A stretch of 64,000 nucleotides of DNA from Candidatus Marinacidobacterales bacterium (GCA_965219415.1 OZ244742.1:448001-512000); one strand, 5' to 3'; positions 20,689-31,137 are shown, counted from the first letter of the stretch. The notes: generated by a model from the sequence alone, not told the origin. Numbers and translations are program-made.

Positions 20689-21525
20689 TCAGACCTTGCC
20701 ATAGTACTCCTGGCGCTCGGTATACTTCATCGGTTTCCCCGATCGCTGATACCGTACCGCCACCATCTCGGCCACGATGGACACGGCGATTTCCCCGGGG
20801 TTGCTTCCGCCCAAATCAAGTCCCATGGGAGAGTGAACGCCTTCCAGCTTTTCACGCGGTACGCCGTCGCGCTCTAGGCGATTGAATATTTTTTCGATCT
20901 TCGTGACGCTACCGATAAGACCCAGGTACGCAGTGTCGTACTCGATGAATGTTCTTAGGGCCTCCTCGTCGGAGGTGTGGCCGCGGGTGACGATCACGAC
21001 ATAGGCGTTGTCACCGTAGGTAAACTTGTCGGCGATCTCCGGGATCGGCCCCGCCTCCACCACATCGGCGTCGGGGAAACGCTCGCGGTTGGCGTATTTG
21101 ACCCGATCGTCCAGAACGATGACTTCGAAGCCCGCTAGCTTCGCAATTTGGCTGAGGGGCATCGCGATATGACCGGCGCCGACCATGAAGACCCGTGGCG
21201 CTGGAATGACCGGCTCGATGAAAACCGTCACGCTCCCTCCACAAATGAGGCCGTTTTCCTCTTCGTCGGCGTTGTAGTCAAAAGAATGAATCTCGCATTG
21301 GCGGTTGTCGATGGCTTGGCGTGCCCGCCAGAGGATCTCCGCTTCGACGCAGCCACCGCCAACCGTTCCCCGCAGACGACCGTCGCGCCCCACTACCATC
21401 TTGGCCCCCGCCTTTCGCGGTGTAGACCCCTGGGTCTTTAAAATGGTCACCAGAGCCACCGCTTCCCCGCGATGGAGCGCCTCCTCCACTTCTTGGTAGA
21501 CCGATTTTTGAACGTGACCCGGCAA
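20689..21525 (-). CDS. xdhC: XdhC/CoxI-family molybdo-hydroxylase maturation factor
   Basis: GSTPRKAGAKM, GTVGGGCVE, CGG, GAGHIA, PMGLDLG, EIAVSI. Confidence 0.9.
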   Translation of the reverse strand: MPGHVQKSVYQEVEEALHRGEAVALVTILKTQGSTPRKAGAKMVVGRDGRLRGTVGGGCVEAEILWRARQAIDNRQCEIHSFDYNADEEENGLICGGSVTVFIEPVIPAPRVFMVGAGHIAMPLSQIAKLAGFEVIVLDDRVKYANRERFPDADVVEAGPIPEIADKFTYGDNAYVVIVTRGHTSDEEALRTFIEYDTAYLGLIGSVTKIEKIFNRLERDGVPREKLEGVHSPMGLDLGGSNPGEIAVSIVAEMVAVRYQRSGKPMKYTERQEYYGKV

Positions 21526-21549
21526 CGCTTCCCTCTTCTTTAGGACCGC

Positions 21550-22134
21550 TTATTGCCCTAACCTCTTCACACACTTAGCATAATCTTCGGGAGTGTCGAT
21601 GTCCAACAATACTCCCTCGTCATCCGTTTCCACTTCGAGGGTTCGTTCGGCGAACTTGCTAAGCAGAGCCTTAGCGCCCGAATCGCCTTGCAGCCGCACT
21701 AACTCCGAGAACAATTCGCTAGATAGGAGCACCGGATGCCCCTGGGTCCCCCGGTAGGTGGGGTAGACGATCGGCAGTCCCTCTTGATGGAATCGGTCAA
21801 TCAGCATCGTGACGGTCTCCGCCTGAAGGAGCGGCTTGTCGGCGAGCGCTACGAGAAGCGCACGAGTACCACCCGGCAGCGCAGCCATCCCGGCTTGGAT
21901 CGAGCTAGCCAGCCCGTCCTCCGCATGTAGATTGGTGACCACCTGCACGCGATCCGTTGAGGGAACGCCGCTGATACCCGCGGCCGGCTGCACCACGAGG
22001 ATCCGATCCACCGGCGAGTCCAGCAACGCCGACAGGGAGCGCTCGAACACCGTGCGGCCCGCGAGATCCAGCTCGAGCTTGGCGCGACCCATTCGCGAAG
22101 AGGACCCCGCGGCGAGGAGGATGGCCGTAATCAA
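21550..22134 (-). CDS. mocA: Molybdenum cofactor cytidylyltransferase-like nucleotidyltransferase
   Basis: LAAGSSSRMG, GHPV, GDSGA, DIDTPEDY; operon context. Confidence 0.85.
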   Translation of the reverse strand: MITAILLAAGSSSRMGRAKLELDLAGRTVFERSLSALLDSPVDRILVVQPAAGISGVPSTDRVQVVTNLHAEDGLASSIQAGMAALPGGTRALLVALADKPLLQAETVTMLIDRFHQEGLPIVYPTYRGTQGHPVLLSSELFSELVRLQGDSGAKALLSKFAERTLEVETDDEGVLLDIDTPEDYAKCVKRLGQ

Positions 22135-22904
22135 GACGTCTTCATATTGTAGAAGCAGCCGTTCGGCTGGATCGCCTCTCCGAAGATCACCTCCGGCGCT
22201 CCTGCGGAAAGGAGTAACTCTCCTACTGTCTCCGCTTGTTTCAGGAGTGTGTCATCAACCTTGTTTAGGAAAACGATCTTTCTCGATGTTTTTGGAACGG
22301 TCGGGAAATAGCCGCGCACCAGCGCCAGGGCGATGACTTCCTCCACGATAGGACTCCCCTTCGCTGCGCCGCACAGTTCCTGAACGACGTCGAGCCGATG
22401 AACGCTCTCCTCATCGAGCCGGCGTCCGAGCACATCGATTCCGGCGATGATAATCGTAGATGTCGTCCACTCCGGGACAGCGGGTTCGTGGGGAGCGGGA
22501 GCCTTCAGGGAACGACCCCGCGCACCATCGGCCTCGATAATCACACAGTCGGCCATACCGCGAAGGGAATCGATATCCTCCGGTTCGAGACCCTTGAGCT
22601 TGTCCTCCCGCTTGCGTGCTCCGACCACCGTTACCGCGCCGTAACGGTCCAGCCTGGCTCTCACGCTTTGCAACCAGTTCTCCTCTTCGCTGGCAAAGAC
22701 TATCGGAGGGGCGGTAGTGGGTGAGTCCGGTGTCTGGGTATGGGTGGTAGTGGTGGCTACGACGGAGAGCCCCAACCGTCGCAGCTCCGTTACCAAGCCG
22801 TAGAGCGTTGTCGTCTTGCCACCAGCTCCCACCAAGCTCACCACGTCCCCGGCGCGCACCTCGAAGGCATCCGCCAAACCGAATCGGGACTCGATGGTCG
22901 TCAC
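22131..22904 (-). CDS. yqeC: Selenium cofactor biosynthesis protein YqeC
   Basis: VGAGGKTT, TTTTH, EADGAR..SLKAPAPHEP. Confidence 0.9.
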   Translation of the reverse strand: MTTIESRFGLADAFEVRAGDVVSLVGAGGKTTTLYGLVTELRRLGLSVVATTTTHTQTPDSPTTAPPIVFASEEENWLQSVRARLDRYGAVTVVGARKREDKLKGLEPEDIDSLRGMADCVIIEADGARGRSLKAPAPHEPAVPEWTTSTIIIAGIDVLGRRLDEESVHRLDVVQELCGAAKGSPIVEEVIALALVRGYFPTVPKTSRKIVFLNKVDDTLLKQAETVGELLLSAGAPEVIFGEAIQPNGCFYNMKTS

Positions 22905-24181
22905 GAGGCGTCGCCGGATTTCGATCGACTCTGAAACCCGCCCTCGACATCCAACGGGTTATCGGCCAAACGTCGTTCCACCTCCTCGAGCCGAGCGGGA
23001 ATCGGATCGGCTAGAAGGGCCCGGTCGAGAATCGATGCGGTATCCTTGAGGCCTGTTCCTGTTAGCAGCAGAACCACCGTGTGGTCGCGATCCACTTGGC
23101 CCTGCCCCGCCATGCGCACGAGACCAGCGAGGGACGCAGCGGCTGCCGGCTCGACGAAGACCCCCGTCTTTCTCGCCAGGAGCGACTGCGCTTCCAGAAT
23201 CTCGCCATCGGTGACCTTTAAAGCGACTCCGTTGGAGTGAAGGATGGCGCGCATCGCGCGCTGGGGATCCCGGGGCAGTCCGACCGCGATGCCGTCGGCA
23301 ATGGTGCGGACCTGCACCGGACGAATGACGCCGTCCCCCAAGAGGGCGTCGGCGATCGCACTCGAGCCTTCTGACTGGACTGCAACAAGTCGAGGCAACT
23401 TCTCGATGAAACCGATGTGGAGCAGCTCTTCGAAGCCCTTGCCTACGCTGGCGATGATATTTCCGTCCCCGACCGGCACGAACACCCAATCCGGGGGGGT
23501 CCAGTCGAGTTGCTCGGCAATCTCGAAGGACGCGGTCTTCTTTCCCTCGCTCAGGTAGGGATTCGTTCCGGTGTTGCGGTTGTACCAACCGAAACTCGCG
23601 CACGCTTCCGCGGCTAGATCGAACGCTACATCGTACATACCTTCCACTCGGATGAGGTAGGCACCGAACGCAACGATCTGCGCCAACTTTCCGGAGGGCG
23701 TCGATTCAGGGACGAAGATCACACTGGTCAACCCAGCGCTCGCGCACATGCCCGCCAATGCCGATGCGGCATTCCCGGTAGAAGCGCAAGCCAAGACACG
23801 ATGTCCCTCCGAGACGGCGCGCGCCACCGCCATGGCGCTGGCGCGATCTTTGAGTGAGCCAGTCGGATTGCGATTGTCTTCCTTTAAATAGAGCGAGCCG
23901 AAACCGAGCTCAAAGCCCAAACGCACCGCTGGAGTCAGCGGCGTCCAGCCGGTCGCGAGCGGTGGGACGAAGGCATCTTCTTCAACGGGGAGGATGGCGC
24001 GATAGCGCCACATGCTCCTCTCGGGATCGCCGTCTAGCTCCTCGCGACTCCAAGCCTTCCGAATCGCGTCGTAGTCATAGAGCACATCGAGGTTCGACCC
24101 GCACCCGGAGCACGTCCATTCTGATGACTCGGCAGGAAACTCCTTTTCGCAAAGGGGGCAGCGACGTCCTAGTTCGGCCAT
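22901..24181 (-). CDS. Threonine synthase-like PLP enzyme with N-terminal Cys pairs
   Basis: CPLC and CSGC, NPTGSLKDR, ASTGNA, EGKKT, VGDGN, LLTGTGLKD. Confidence 0.85.
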   Translation of the reverse strand: MAELGRRCPLCEKEFPAESSEWTCSGCGSNLDVLYDYDAIRKAWSREELDGDPERSMWRYRAILPVEEDAFVPPLATGWTPLTPAVRLGFELGFGSLYLKEDNRNPTGSLKDRASAMAVARAVSEGHRVLACASTGNAASALAGMCASAGLTSVIFVPESTPSGKLAQIVAFGAYLIRVEGMYDVAFDLAAEACASFGWYNRNTGTNPYLSEGKKTASFEIAEQLDWTPPDWVFVPVGDGNIIASVGKGFEELLHIGFIEKLPRLVAVQSEGSSAIADALLGDGVIRPVQVRTIADGIAVGLPRDPQRAMRAILHSNGVALKVTDGEILEAQSLLARKTGVFVEPAAAASLAGLVRMAGQGQVDRDHTVVLLLTGTGLKDTASILDRALLADPIPARLEEVERRLADNPLDVEGGFQSRSKSGDAS

Positions 24182-24233
24182 GCTGACTCGAACGCCATCC
24201 GGGGAATGCGCCTAAGAGAAGAGACGATCGGCA

Positions 24234-25283
24234 CTAGTCAATGACAACCCAGTTCTTTTGGAAACGGTCGAGCTCACTAACCGTATGCGGGTCCATCGGA
24301 TGATCTCGCTCGGGGATATCGACGTGCTTGGGCTCACCGCAGAGCTCAGTCGTGAAGTAACGTTGGCCGCTGTCGTTGATCATCGTCGCAATACGTTTGA
24401 GGGCCGGACGGGCCAGCGCCAACTTCAAGGCGGCCGCGACGTTGGAGCCCGAGGAGATCCCGCAAAAAATTCCTTCCTCCTTCGCGAGCCGACGAGCCAT
24501 AGCCAGAGCTTCATCGCTCGTGGTCGTCACGATACCCGTCAACTGAGACAGATCGAGAACGCGGGGAACGAAACCATCCCCGATCCCCTCGATGCGGTGA
24601 GCGCCCCACTCGCGCCGAGAAAGCAAGGGGCACTCCGCCGGCTCCACGGCGAAGAGCTCTACCTCCGAATTCCGTTCTCTGAAGTATCGGCCGATACCGG
24701 TTAGTGCCCCGCCGGTACCCTGCGTAGCCACGTATGCATCGACGCGTCCATCTAACTGCTCCCAAAGCTCGGGTCCGGTAGAGTGATAATGTGCCTCGAC
24801 ATTGTCCGGGTTGTCGAACTGCGCCGGTACCCAATACTTGTCGGGATCTTGCTGACGAATCTCCTCGAGCTTCGCGAGCGCCAAGTCCACGTCACTCTCG
24901 CCCCCGGGCGTGAATATGAGCTCCGCACCGTAGGCGCGATCCATTTTCTTGCGTTCTTCACTCATGCCTTCCGGCATCACGATAACGCACCGATATCCCT
25001 TCACCGACGAGATGAATGCGCAAGCGATGCCCGCGTTACCTGTCGAGCACTCCAAGATGGTCATCCCCGGTTTTAGTTCGCCTCGTTTCTCCGCTTCGGT
25101 GATCATCGCCTTGTAGATTCGATCCTTCAGGCTCCCTGATGGACTGAAGTACTCGAGCTTCACATAGATGTCCGCGGACACCTCCGCCGACACCCGCTGC
25201 AATGGAGCGGTGGGAGTCCTTCCGATGCAATCCAGAATGTTATCTTGAGCCTGGCGGCTGTGATCCCATCTGACCTCGCTCAA
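24234..25283 (-). CDS. Cysteine synthase-family PLP enzyme
   Basis: IGRTP, PSGSLKDR, STGNAG, GTGG, HRIEGIG, GISSG; TTG 25283 behind AGGAGG. Confidence 0.88.
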   Translation of the reverse strand: MSEVRWDHSRQAQDNILDCIGRTPTAPLQRVSAEVSADIYVKLEYFSPSGSLKDRIYKAMITEAEKRGELKPGMTILECSTGNAGIACAFISSVKGYRCVIVMPEGMSEERKKMDRAYGAELIFTPGGESDVDLALAKLEEIRQQDPDKYWVPAQFDNPDNVEAHYHSTGPELWEQLDGRVDAYVATQGTGGALTGIGRYFRERNSEVELFAVEPAECPLLSRREWGAHRIEGIGDGFVPRVLDLSQLTGIVTTTSDEALAMARRLAKEEGIFCGISSGSNVAAALKLALARPALKRIATMINDSGQRYFTTELCGEPKHVDIPERDHPMDPHTVSELDRFQKNWVVID

Positions 25284-25354
25284 ATTAGACCTCCTGGTGG
25301 AGTGGGCCTTGCCTAAATACCGGAGAGGCGCGCTATTATAGCAGCCGGTTGAAC

Positions 25355-26086
25355 ATGCGCAACCTGCACGCCTTCCTGAAAGTACTGGGGACGGTCCTTT
25401 TCCTCCTCGTTTCCGGCGCTCTGGCCCGGCCGGCTCACCAGTCCCAAGCGGATCGGTTCCACTCCGAGCGGAACCGTATGGTCTCCCGACAGATCGAAGG
25501 CCGGGGCATCGACGACCCGCGGGTCCTGAGCGCCATGAGGAAAGTTCCACGCCACTTGTTCGTCCGGGAACAAGATCGTGATCAGGCCTACAACGATCAT
25601 CCGCTACCCATCGGGCTGGGCCAGACGATCTCGCAACCCTACATCGTCGCGCTCATGACCCAACTGGCGGCGCTTGATTCTGACGACATTGTTCTGGAAG
25701 TCGGGACCGGCTCTGGCTATCAGGCGGCGGTGCTCGCCCAGCTCGCGGAGACGATCTACACGGTGGAGATCCTGCAGCAACTCGGAGATCAGGCGAGCGA
25801 GCGTTTCAAACGCTTGGGACATTCGAACGTCGAGTCACGGATCGCTGACGGGTATTACGGCTGGGAGGAGCACGCGCCGTTCGACGCAATTGTCGTGACC
25901 GCGGCCGCCGAGCACATTCCCCCTCCCCTGATTCGCCAGCTCAAGGCAGGCGGTGTCATGGTGATACCGGTCGGAAACCGGTTCCAAGTTCAAACCCTGA
26001 TGTTGGTGGAGAAAACGAAGGAAGGAAAAACGACTTCCCGAAGTCTTCTCCCTGTTCGCTTCGTCCCTCTGGTCGGGAAACACTAG
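25355..26086 (+). CDS. pcm: Protein-L-isoaspartate O-methyltransferase with signal peptide
   Basis: VPRHLF, GQTISQP, LEVGTGSGYQ, APFDAIVVTAA, VRFVPL. Confidence 0.93.
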   Translation: MRNLHAFLKVLGTVLFLLVSGALARPAHQSQADRFHSERNRMVSRQIEGRGIDDPRVLSAMRKVPRHLFVREQDRDQAYNDHPLPIGLGQTISQPYIVALMTQLAALDSDDIVLEVGTGSGYQAAVLAQLAETIYTVEILQQLGDQASERFKRLGHSNVESRIADGYYGWEEHAPFDAIVVTAAAEHIPPPLIRQLKAGGVMVIPVGNRFQVQTLMLVEKTKEGKTTSRSLLPVRFVPLVGKH

Positions 26087-26091
26087 CCACC

Positions 26092-28464
26092 TTGCACGCC
26101 CGCTCCCAGCTGCTCTCGGTAGCACTGTTGTCCGCGTCGCTTCTTGCATTCGAAGTGACACTCCTTCGCGTCTTCTCCATCTCCCTCTGGTATCACTTTG
26201 CTTACTTGATCATCAGTGTCGCCATGCTTGGTCTGGGGGCGAGTGGGACGCTCCTATCGATCGTTCAACCACGTTCCGGTGCAGCCGACCGCCTATTCGC
26301 ACCCTTGGCCCTCGGAACCGCGCTAGCGGAGGTCGGTGGACTCGCCGCCGCATTACAGATCCCGTTCGAACCGTTCATGATCGTCTGGGCACCCAAAGAA
26401 GCCCTATGGTTGATGGCCTTCTACCTCTTTCTGGGTATCCCTTTCGGTCTGGGCGGTGCGGCGCTCGCCTTGGCACTCATCGGTTGGAATCGTGTGCGCA
26501 TGGTCTATTTCTCTGACCTCATGGGCGCGGGCCTTGGTGCCTTGTCGATTACGCTGCTTCTGTATTGGATGGAGCCGCTGCAGGCGGTTGGGCCGGTCGC
26601 CATCGCGGCGGCGCTCGCGGCGGCGGTGGCCGCACCGCGCAGACGCCTTGTCCTGCTTTCCCTCGTCGCCGCGCTAGCCGCACCGATGACCGCTTCACTC
26701 ATCCCCCATGAGGTATCCCCGTACAAGGGTCTGGCCATCGCGCTGGAAGCCGCCGGCTCACAGAGAAGGGCCCGCGCGATAAGCCCGCTCGCCGTGGTCG
26801 ACGCCGTTGCCGGACCGACGGTTCGTTACGCGCCAGGCCTCTCGCTCCAATTTACCGGGGACATCCCCCAGCAGATCGGGCTCTTCTCGGATGGCGACCA
26901 GTTGGGCTCGGTTACTCAGGCTAAGGGTTCCAATCTGACCTTCCTCGATTACATGACCTCTGCCTTGCCGTACCGCTTGGCCCCCCCAGATCCTTCCGTG
27001 CTCGTCCTCGGCGCAGGAGGAGGGCTCGAGGTTTTGTCGGCGCTGCACCACGGGGCGCGACGTGTCGTTGCCGTCGAGCTCGACGAGAACGTCGCGAAGA
27101 TCGTCGGAGATACGCTCCGCGAAGACAGCGGTGAACTCTACGATCATCCGGCAGTCGAAGTGCAACTAACAGAAGCCAGGCGGTTTCTCGAAACGAGCTC
27201 GGAACATTTCGACGTCATCAGTATCTCCCTACTCGACTCGTTCGCCTCCTCAGCCAGCGGAGTCCACGCGGCGAGTGAAAGCTACCTCTATACGGTGGAG
27301 TCTCTGGAGACGGCGATAGATCGGCTCTCCCCAATCGGCGTGCTCGCGCTCACTCGTTGGGTCAAGACGCCCCCTCGGGATGTGCCTCGTATATTCCACA
27401 CCGCTGTGGCGGCGCTAGAAAGTCTCGGTGCGAGCTCACCCGGCGATCACCTGGTGGGAATCCGGAGCTGGGCAACCGCAACCTTATTACTGAGGGCCTC
27501 ACCCGTGAGCGTCGCCGACGTGGAAGCGGTGCGCGAGTTCGGTGAGACTCGAGCCTTCGACCGTTTCTGGCACCCCGGGCTCGCGCCGGAAGAGACGAAT
27601 CGCCATCACGTGTTGCCGGAGCCGTTCTATGCCCATAGCGCCAGAGAGATGCTGTCTTCTCGGCGAAACGAGTTTCTCCGCCAATACCCGTTTCAGTTGG
27701 AGGCCCCGGTGGACGACCGGCCCTACTTTTTCAACTTCTTTCGGTGGGATACGTTGCCCTCGCTCGTAGCCGAATTGGGACTGCAGTGGATCCCCTTCGT
27801 CGAATGGGGCTACGTGATCTTGCTTGCTGTGTTCGCGCAAGCGGTGGTTGCCTCGATCGGGCTAGTGCTTGCTCCACTCATCCTCGTTCCCAACTTGCGG
27901 CGACTGGAATACGGCCGTTCTAAGGTCGCCCTCTATTTCGGATGTCTCGGGCTGGGCTACCTTTTTCTCGAGATCGCGCTCATTCAGAAGTTCACGTTCT
28001 TCTTGTCTTATCCAGTCCTCTCGGCGACAACGGTCATCGCCTCCATGCTCGTCTTCTCGGGCCTGGGTAGCCTCGTGAGTCATCGCTTCCCGCTTCCCGC
28101 TGTAGCCGCCGGGATCGCGGTTCTGACGTTCCTCTACGCCATCGCCCTCAACCCCTTGTTCTCGATTCTCCTCGCTCTCGGCGACGCGGCGCGAGTCCTG
28201 ACCACTGCGACTCTGCTTGCCCCCATCGCGTTTTTCATGGGCATACCCTTCCCCTCCGGCTTGGAGCAAGTGAAAGCCAAAGCCGCACCGCTAGCTCCCT
28301 GGGCGTGGGCGATCAATGGCTGCGCCAGCGTGTTGGCGCCACCCCTCGCCACCCTCCTCGCCATGAGCATGGGCTTCCAGGTCGTAATGGCTTCGGCGGC
28401 TGGGCTCTACCTGATTGCCGGGGTAGTGGTCGATCCAGGCAAGGCCTTCCGACCCAGCGATTAG
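26092..28464 (+). CDS. Polytopic membrane protein with spermidine synthase-like SAM domain
   Basis: TM blocks flanking VLVLGAGGG; DDRPYF; WAWAINGCASV. Confidence 0.8.
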   Translation: MHARSQLLSVALLSASLLAFEVTLLRVFSISLWYHFAYLIISVAMLGLGASGTLLSIVQPRSGAADRLFAPLALGTALAEVGGLAAALQIPFEPFMIVWAPKEALWLMAFYLFLGIPFGLGGAALALALIGWNRVRMVYFSDLMGAGLGALSITLLLYWMEPLQAVGPVAIAAALAAAVAAPRRRLVLLSLVAALAAPMTASLIPHEVSPYKGLAIALEAAGSQRRARAISPLAVVDAVAGPTVRYAPGLSLQFTGDIPQQIGLFSDGDQLGSVTQAKGSNLTFLDYMTSALPYRLAPPDPSVLVLGAGGGLEVLSALHHGARRVVAVELDENVAKIVGDTLREDSGELYDHPAVEVQLTEARRFLETSSEHFDVISISLLDSFASSASGVHAASESYLYTVESLETAIDRLSPIGVLALTRWVKTPPRDVPRIFHTAVAALESLGASSPGDHLVGIRSWATATLLLRASPVSVADVEAVREFGETRAFDRFWHPGLAPEETNRHHVLPEPFYAHSAREMLSSRRNEFLRQYPFQLEAPVDDRPYFFNFFRWDTLPSLVAELGLQWIPFVEWGYVILLAVFAQAVVASIGLVLAPLILVPNLRRLEYGRSKVALYFGCLGLGYLFLEIALIQKFTFFLSYPVLSATTVIASMLVFSGLGSLVSHRFPLPAVAAGIAVLTFLYAIALNPLFSILLALGDAARVLTTATLLAPIAFFMGIPFPSGLEQVKAKAAPLAPWAWAINGCASVLAPPLATLLAMSMGFQVVMASAAGLYLIAGVVVDPGKAFRPSD

Positions 28465-28542
28465 TTCTAGACGGAAGATTCTTGACACGCACGATGGGCG
28501 GGGGTAGGCTCCTTCGTCACTTCGGAGCCAAAGGAGCGTCTG

Positions 28543-30018
28543 ATGAATTCCCACAAGATGATGATAGTTCCCGCCATGTTCGTCTTTTTCGGCTTATCCA
28601 CGTCGGGCTGCCAACCTGGGCCAACGCTAACCGCCACCGTGGACGCCAACGAGCAAGACGCCGCCCAGGCCTCCTCGGGCAAGTTTCCTACGCACGCCGA
28701 CGTCTTCTCGCCCTCCACTTTCGCCACGCGCCGCACACGACTCGCGGAGAGCATTCCCGATGGCCTCGTCGTTCTCTTCGGTGAAAAAGGCGTTATCGAT
28801 GCCTGGGACGAGCACCGACACAATGCCTATTTCCGCGTGCAAGGATTCCGACAGGAGGAGAACCTTTTCTATCTTACCGGTCTGAGCATGCCGGGCGTCG
28901 CATTCGTCCTGACTCCGAAAAGCGCGATGACGCGCGTTTACGTTCCGCGAGTCACGGACAGAGTCGAGGCGGAATTAGCGCGGCTCGGCTTGGGTGCGCC
29001 TATTCCCATGGAACGACTCGAGACGGATCTCGACAATGCGATTGGGGCCGACCCCGTCTATATGGTGGCGAGAAGTCAAGATTCCGTTTCCAGGCAGGCG
29101 TCCTTTGGAATCCAGGCACCCTTCCCTCCGTTCCTTCCAGGTGGTGAGCACGGCTCGTATCGCGAAGACGCGATCGTGGAGGCCTTCGAGAAGCGATTCC
29201 CCAAAGCCGACGTCCGCTCCATCCTACCGATCACGGAGGAAATGCGGCGGGTAAAGGATGACGAGGAAATCGCCGCCTTGCGACGAGCCGCGCAAATATC
29301 CGCACGAGGAATCATGAAGGGCATCGCGACGGTCGCTCCCGGCGTCGACGAGCGCGAAGTGGCGGCCGAGATCGAGTTCGCCTTCCGACGGGCGGGGGCT
29401 CAGTTCACGGCATATAGCGCCGATATCCAATCGGGCCCGAACTCGATGCGTGGCTTCATCGATATCTTCGGGTCCTACGATCTCGAGAACCGCACGATGG
29501 AGGCGGGGGAGTTGGTGATGGTCGACCACAGCGCCGAGGTCAACTACTACGTCTCCGATCTGGCGAGGACGGTGCCGGTCTCCGGTCGATTCAATCCCGA
29601 ACAGCGCTTGGCCTACGAAACCTACCTCGCCGCATTCGAGGCTGGACTCGAGGCGTTGGGCCCCGGGGTTCCGTTCATGCGCGCCGGCGAGATGGCTGCC
29701 CAGACGATGAAAGAACGATTGGACGGCTTACCCGATTGGTTGCGCGGCCCCGCCGAACGATTCGCCGAGCGGGTCGGCAAACGCCGTTCGGGACACTATT
29801 TGGGAATGAACATGCATATTCACGAGGACTACACCTCTCCTCTCCGTCCGGGACAGGTGATGTCCTACGAATTGCATCTTTATGTTCCCGACAAGGGTTG
29901 GCGCATTACGTTGGAAGAAGTCGTCTTGATCACCAATGACGGTCACGAGGTGTTTACGAAAGAGCTGCCCCGATCGGCCGATGGTATCGAGAAATTGATG
30001 CCCGGCGGGGCTTCCTAA
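28543..30018 (+). CDS. Xaa-Pro aminopeptidase (M24), probable lipoprotein
   Basis: Lipobox-like TSGC, FYLTG, RRVKD.EEI, SDLART, GHYLG, R.TLEE. Confidence 0.82.
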   Translation: MNSHKMMIVPAMFVFFGLSTSGCQPGPTLTATVDANEQDAAQASSGKFPTHADVFSPSTFATRRTRLAESIPDGLVVLFGEKGVIDAWDEHRHNAYFRVQGFRQEENLFYLTGLSMPGVAFVLTPKSAMTRVYVPRVTDRVEAELARLGLGAPIPMERLETDLDNAIGADPVYMVARSQDSVSRQASFGIQAPFPPFLPGGEHGSYREDAIVEAFEKRFPKADVRSILPITEEMRRVKDDEEIAALRRAAQISARGIMKGIATVAPGVDEREVAAEIEFAFRRAGAQFTAYSADIQSGPNSMRGFIDIFGSYDLENRTMEAGELVMVDHSAEVNYYVSDLARTVPVSGRFNPEQRLAYETYLAAFEAGLEALGPGVPFMRAGEMAAQTMKERLDGLPDWLRGPAERFAERVGKRRSGHYLGMNMHIHEDYTSPLRPGQVMSYELHLYVPDKGWRITLEEVVLITNDGHEVFTKELPRSADGIEKLMPGGAS

Positions 30019-30046
30019 ACCGGGGTTCAAGTCGAATTGAGCCAAC

Positions 30047-30331
30047 TCAGTTTTCCACTTCGACGCCGTTCCAAAAAGCCACGTAGTCCTTGAACCGCTT
30101 CGCAGCATCCTTGGGGGTGGCGTAGTACCAAGCGGCGTTCTCGTTGACGTTCCCGTCGACGACGACGTTGTAATAACTCGCCGTCCCCTTCCACGGACAA
30201 ACGGTCTCCTTATCGCTGGGCTGCAGGTACTCCTTCCTGACGGATTCGGGAGGAAAATACTGATTTCCCTCGACCACTTCCGTCTTGTCCGACTCGGCAA
30301 CAACCTTGCCATTCCACATCGCCTTCGCCAT
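30047..30331 (-). CDS. DUF427 protein
   Basis: EGNQYFP, CPWKGTASYY, AAWYY. Confidence 0.92.
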   Translation of the reverse strand: MAKAMWNGKVVAESDKTEVVEGNQYFPPESVRKEYLQPSDKETVCPWKGTASYYNVVVDGNVNENAAWYYATPKDAAKRFKDYVAFWNGVEVEN

Positions 30332-30556
30332 TCGCTGTCCTCCTGTATTTAAAGACTCTTCGTCCTTCAACCCCTCTCCCTTCCTGTTTGGCCGTCAAAA
30401 TACGCTGTGCCACAGAAAACGGTGGCCAGACGGCGGGTGAGGGTAAAACACTCCTTCCGTTTTGAGATTCCATTGTGACGAGCCCGCCTGTTCCGCGCAA
30501 CCCGAAGCGCAATCGCTGACTGTGATTTGCGCGACCAAAGCGGAGCGCATCTCACT

Positions 30557-30585
30557 TTGACAGAGCCTCCGTCGATTGCTAAGCT
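30557..30585 (+). promoter_or_regulatory. Sigma70-type promoter of the lipoprotein gene
   Basis: TTGACA-N17-TAAGCT with TG extension. Confidence 0.6.
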
Positions 30586-30612
30586 CTCCTGTTTGAGATG
30601 AGGATAGACACC

Positions 30613-31137
30613 ATGAGAATTCGCACCATCGTCCCTCTTATAGCCGCCGCAATGATTGGCGCCTGCGGTAGCGACAACAGTCCAACGAGCCCAACCAGCC
30701 CAACGTCTCCTCCCCCGGCCTCGACCGCTCCGCAGTTCGAGATTACGACTCTGATCACAGTTTACCGGAACTCCGACTCCGACGCGCTGTGGAGTCGTGG
30801 CACGACGACCGACGCGCGCATCGGCCAAATCCTACTGGGAGTCGACAACCTGAGCACCGCCGTCGGCGCCACGAACTTGAACAACGAAGCGGCTCGAGAA
30901 GCGCTTCAAGCCGCCATCGATCGCGTCAACGACCAGTTTACGGACGCCGACTATCGCACAGCCTTCGATGAGACCGCGGGACGACTCAGGCGCTACCTGA
31001 ACGATGCCGACAACGATAGCTGGTCCATCGACGGCCGGCATGGGACGGGGCGCGACTGGCCTCACGACGGAAGAAACAACGGCAATGATCCCGATGGCTG
31101 GACGGCTCAGATCGTCGTCACCGTCACCGAGCTGTAG
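30613..31137 (+). CDS. Hypothetical lipoprotein
   Basis: Lipobox IGAC then SPT-repeat linker; own promoter; downstream CTCACTCC/GGAGTGAG inverted repeat. Confidence 0.7.
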   Translation: MRIRTIVPLIAAAMIGACGSDNSPTSPTSPTSPPPASTAPQFEITTLITVYRNSDSDALWSRGTTTDARIGQILLGVDNLSTAVGATNLNNEAAREALQAAIDRVNDQFTDADYRTAFDETAGRLRRYLNDADNDSWSIDGRHGTGRDWPHDGRNNGNDPDGWTAQIVVTVTEL

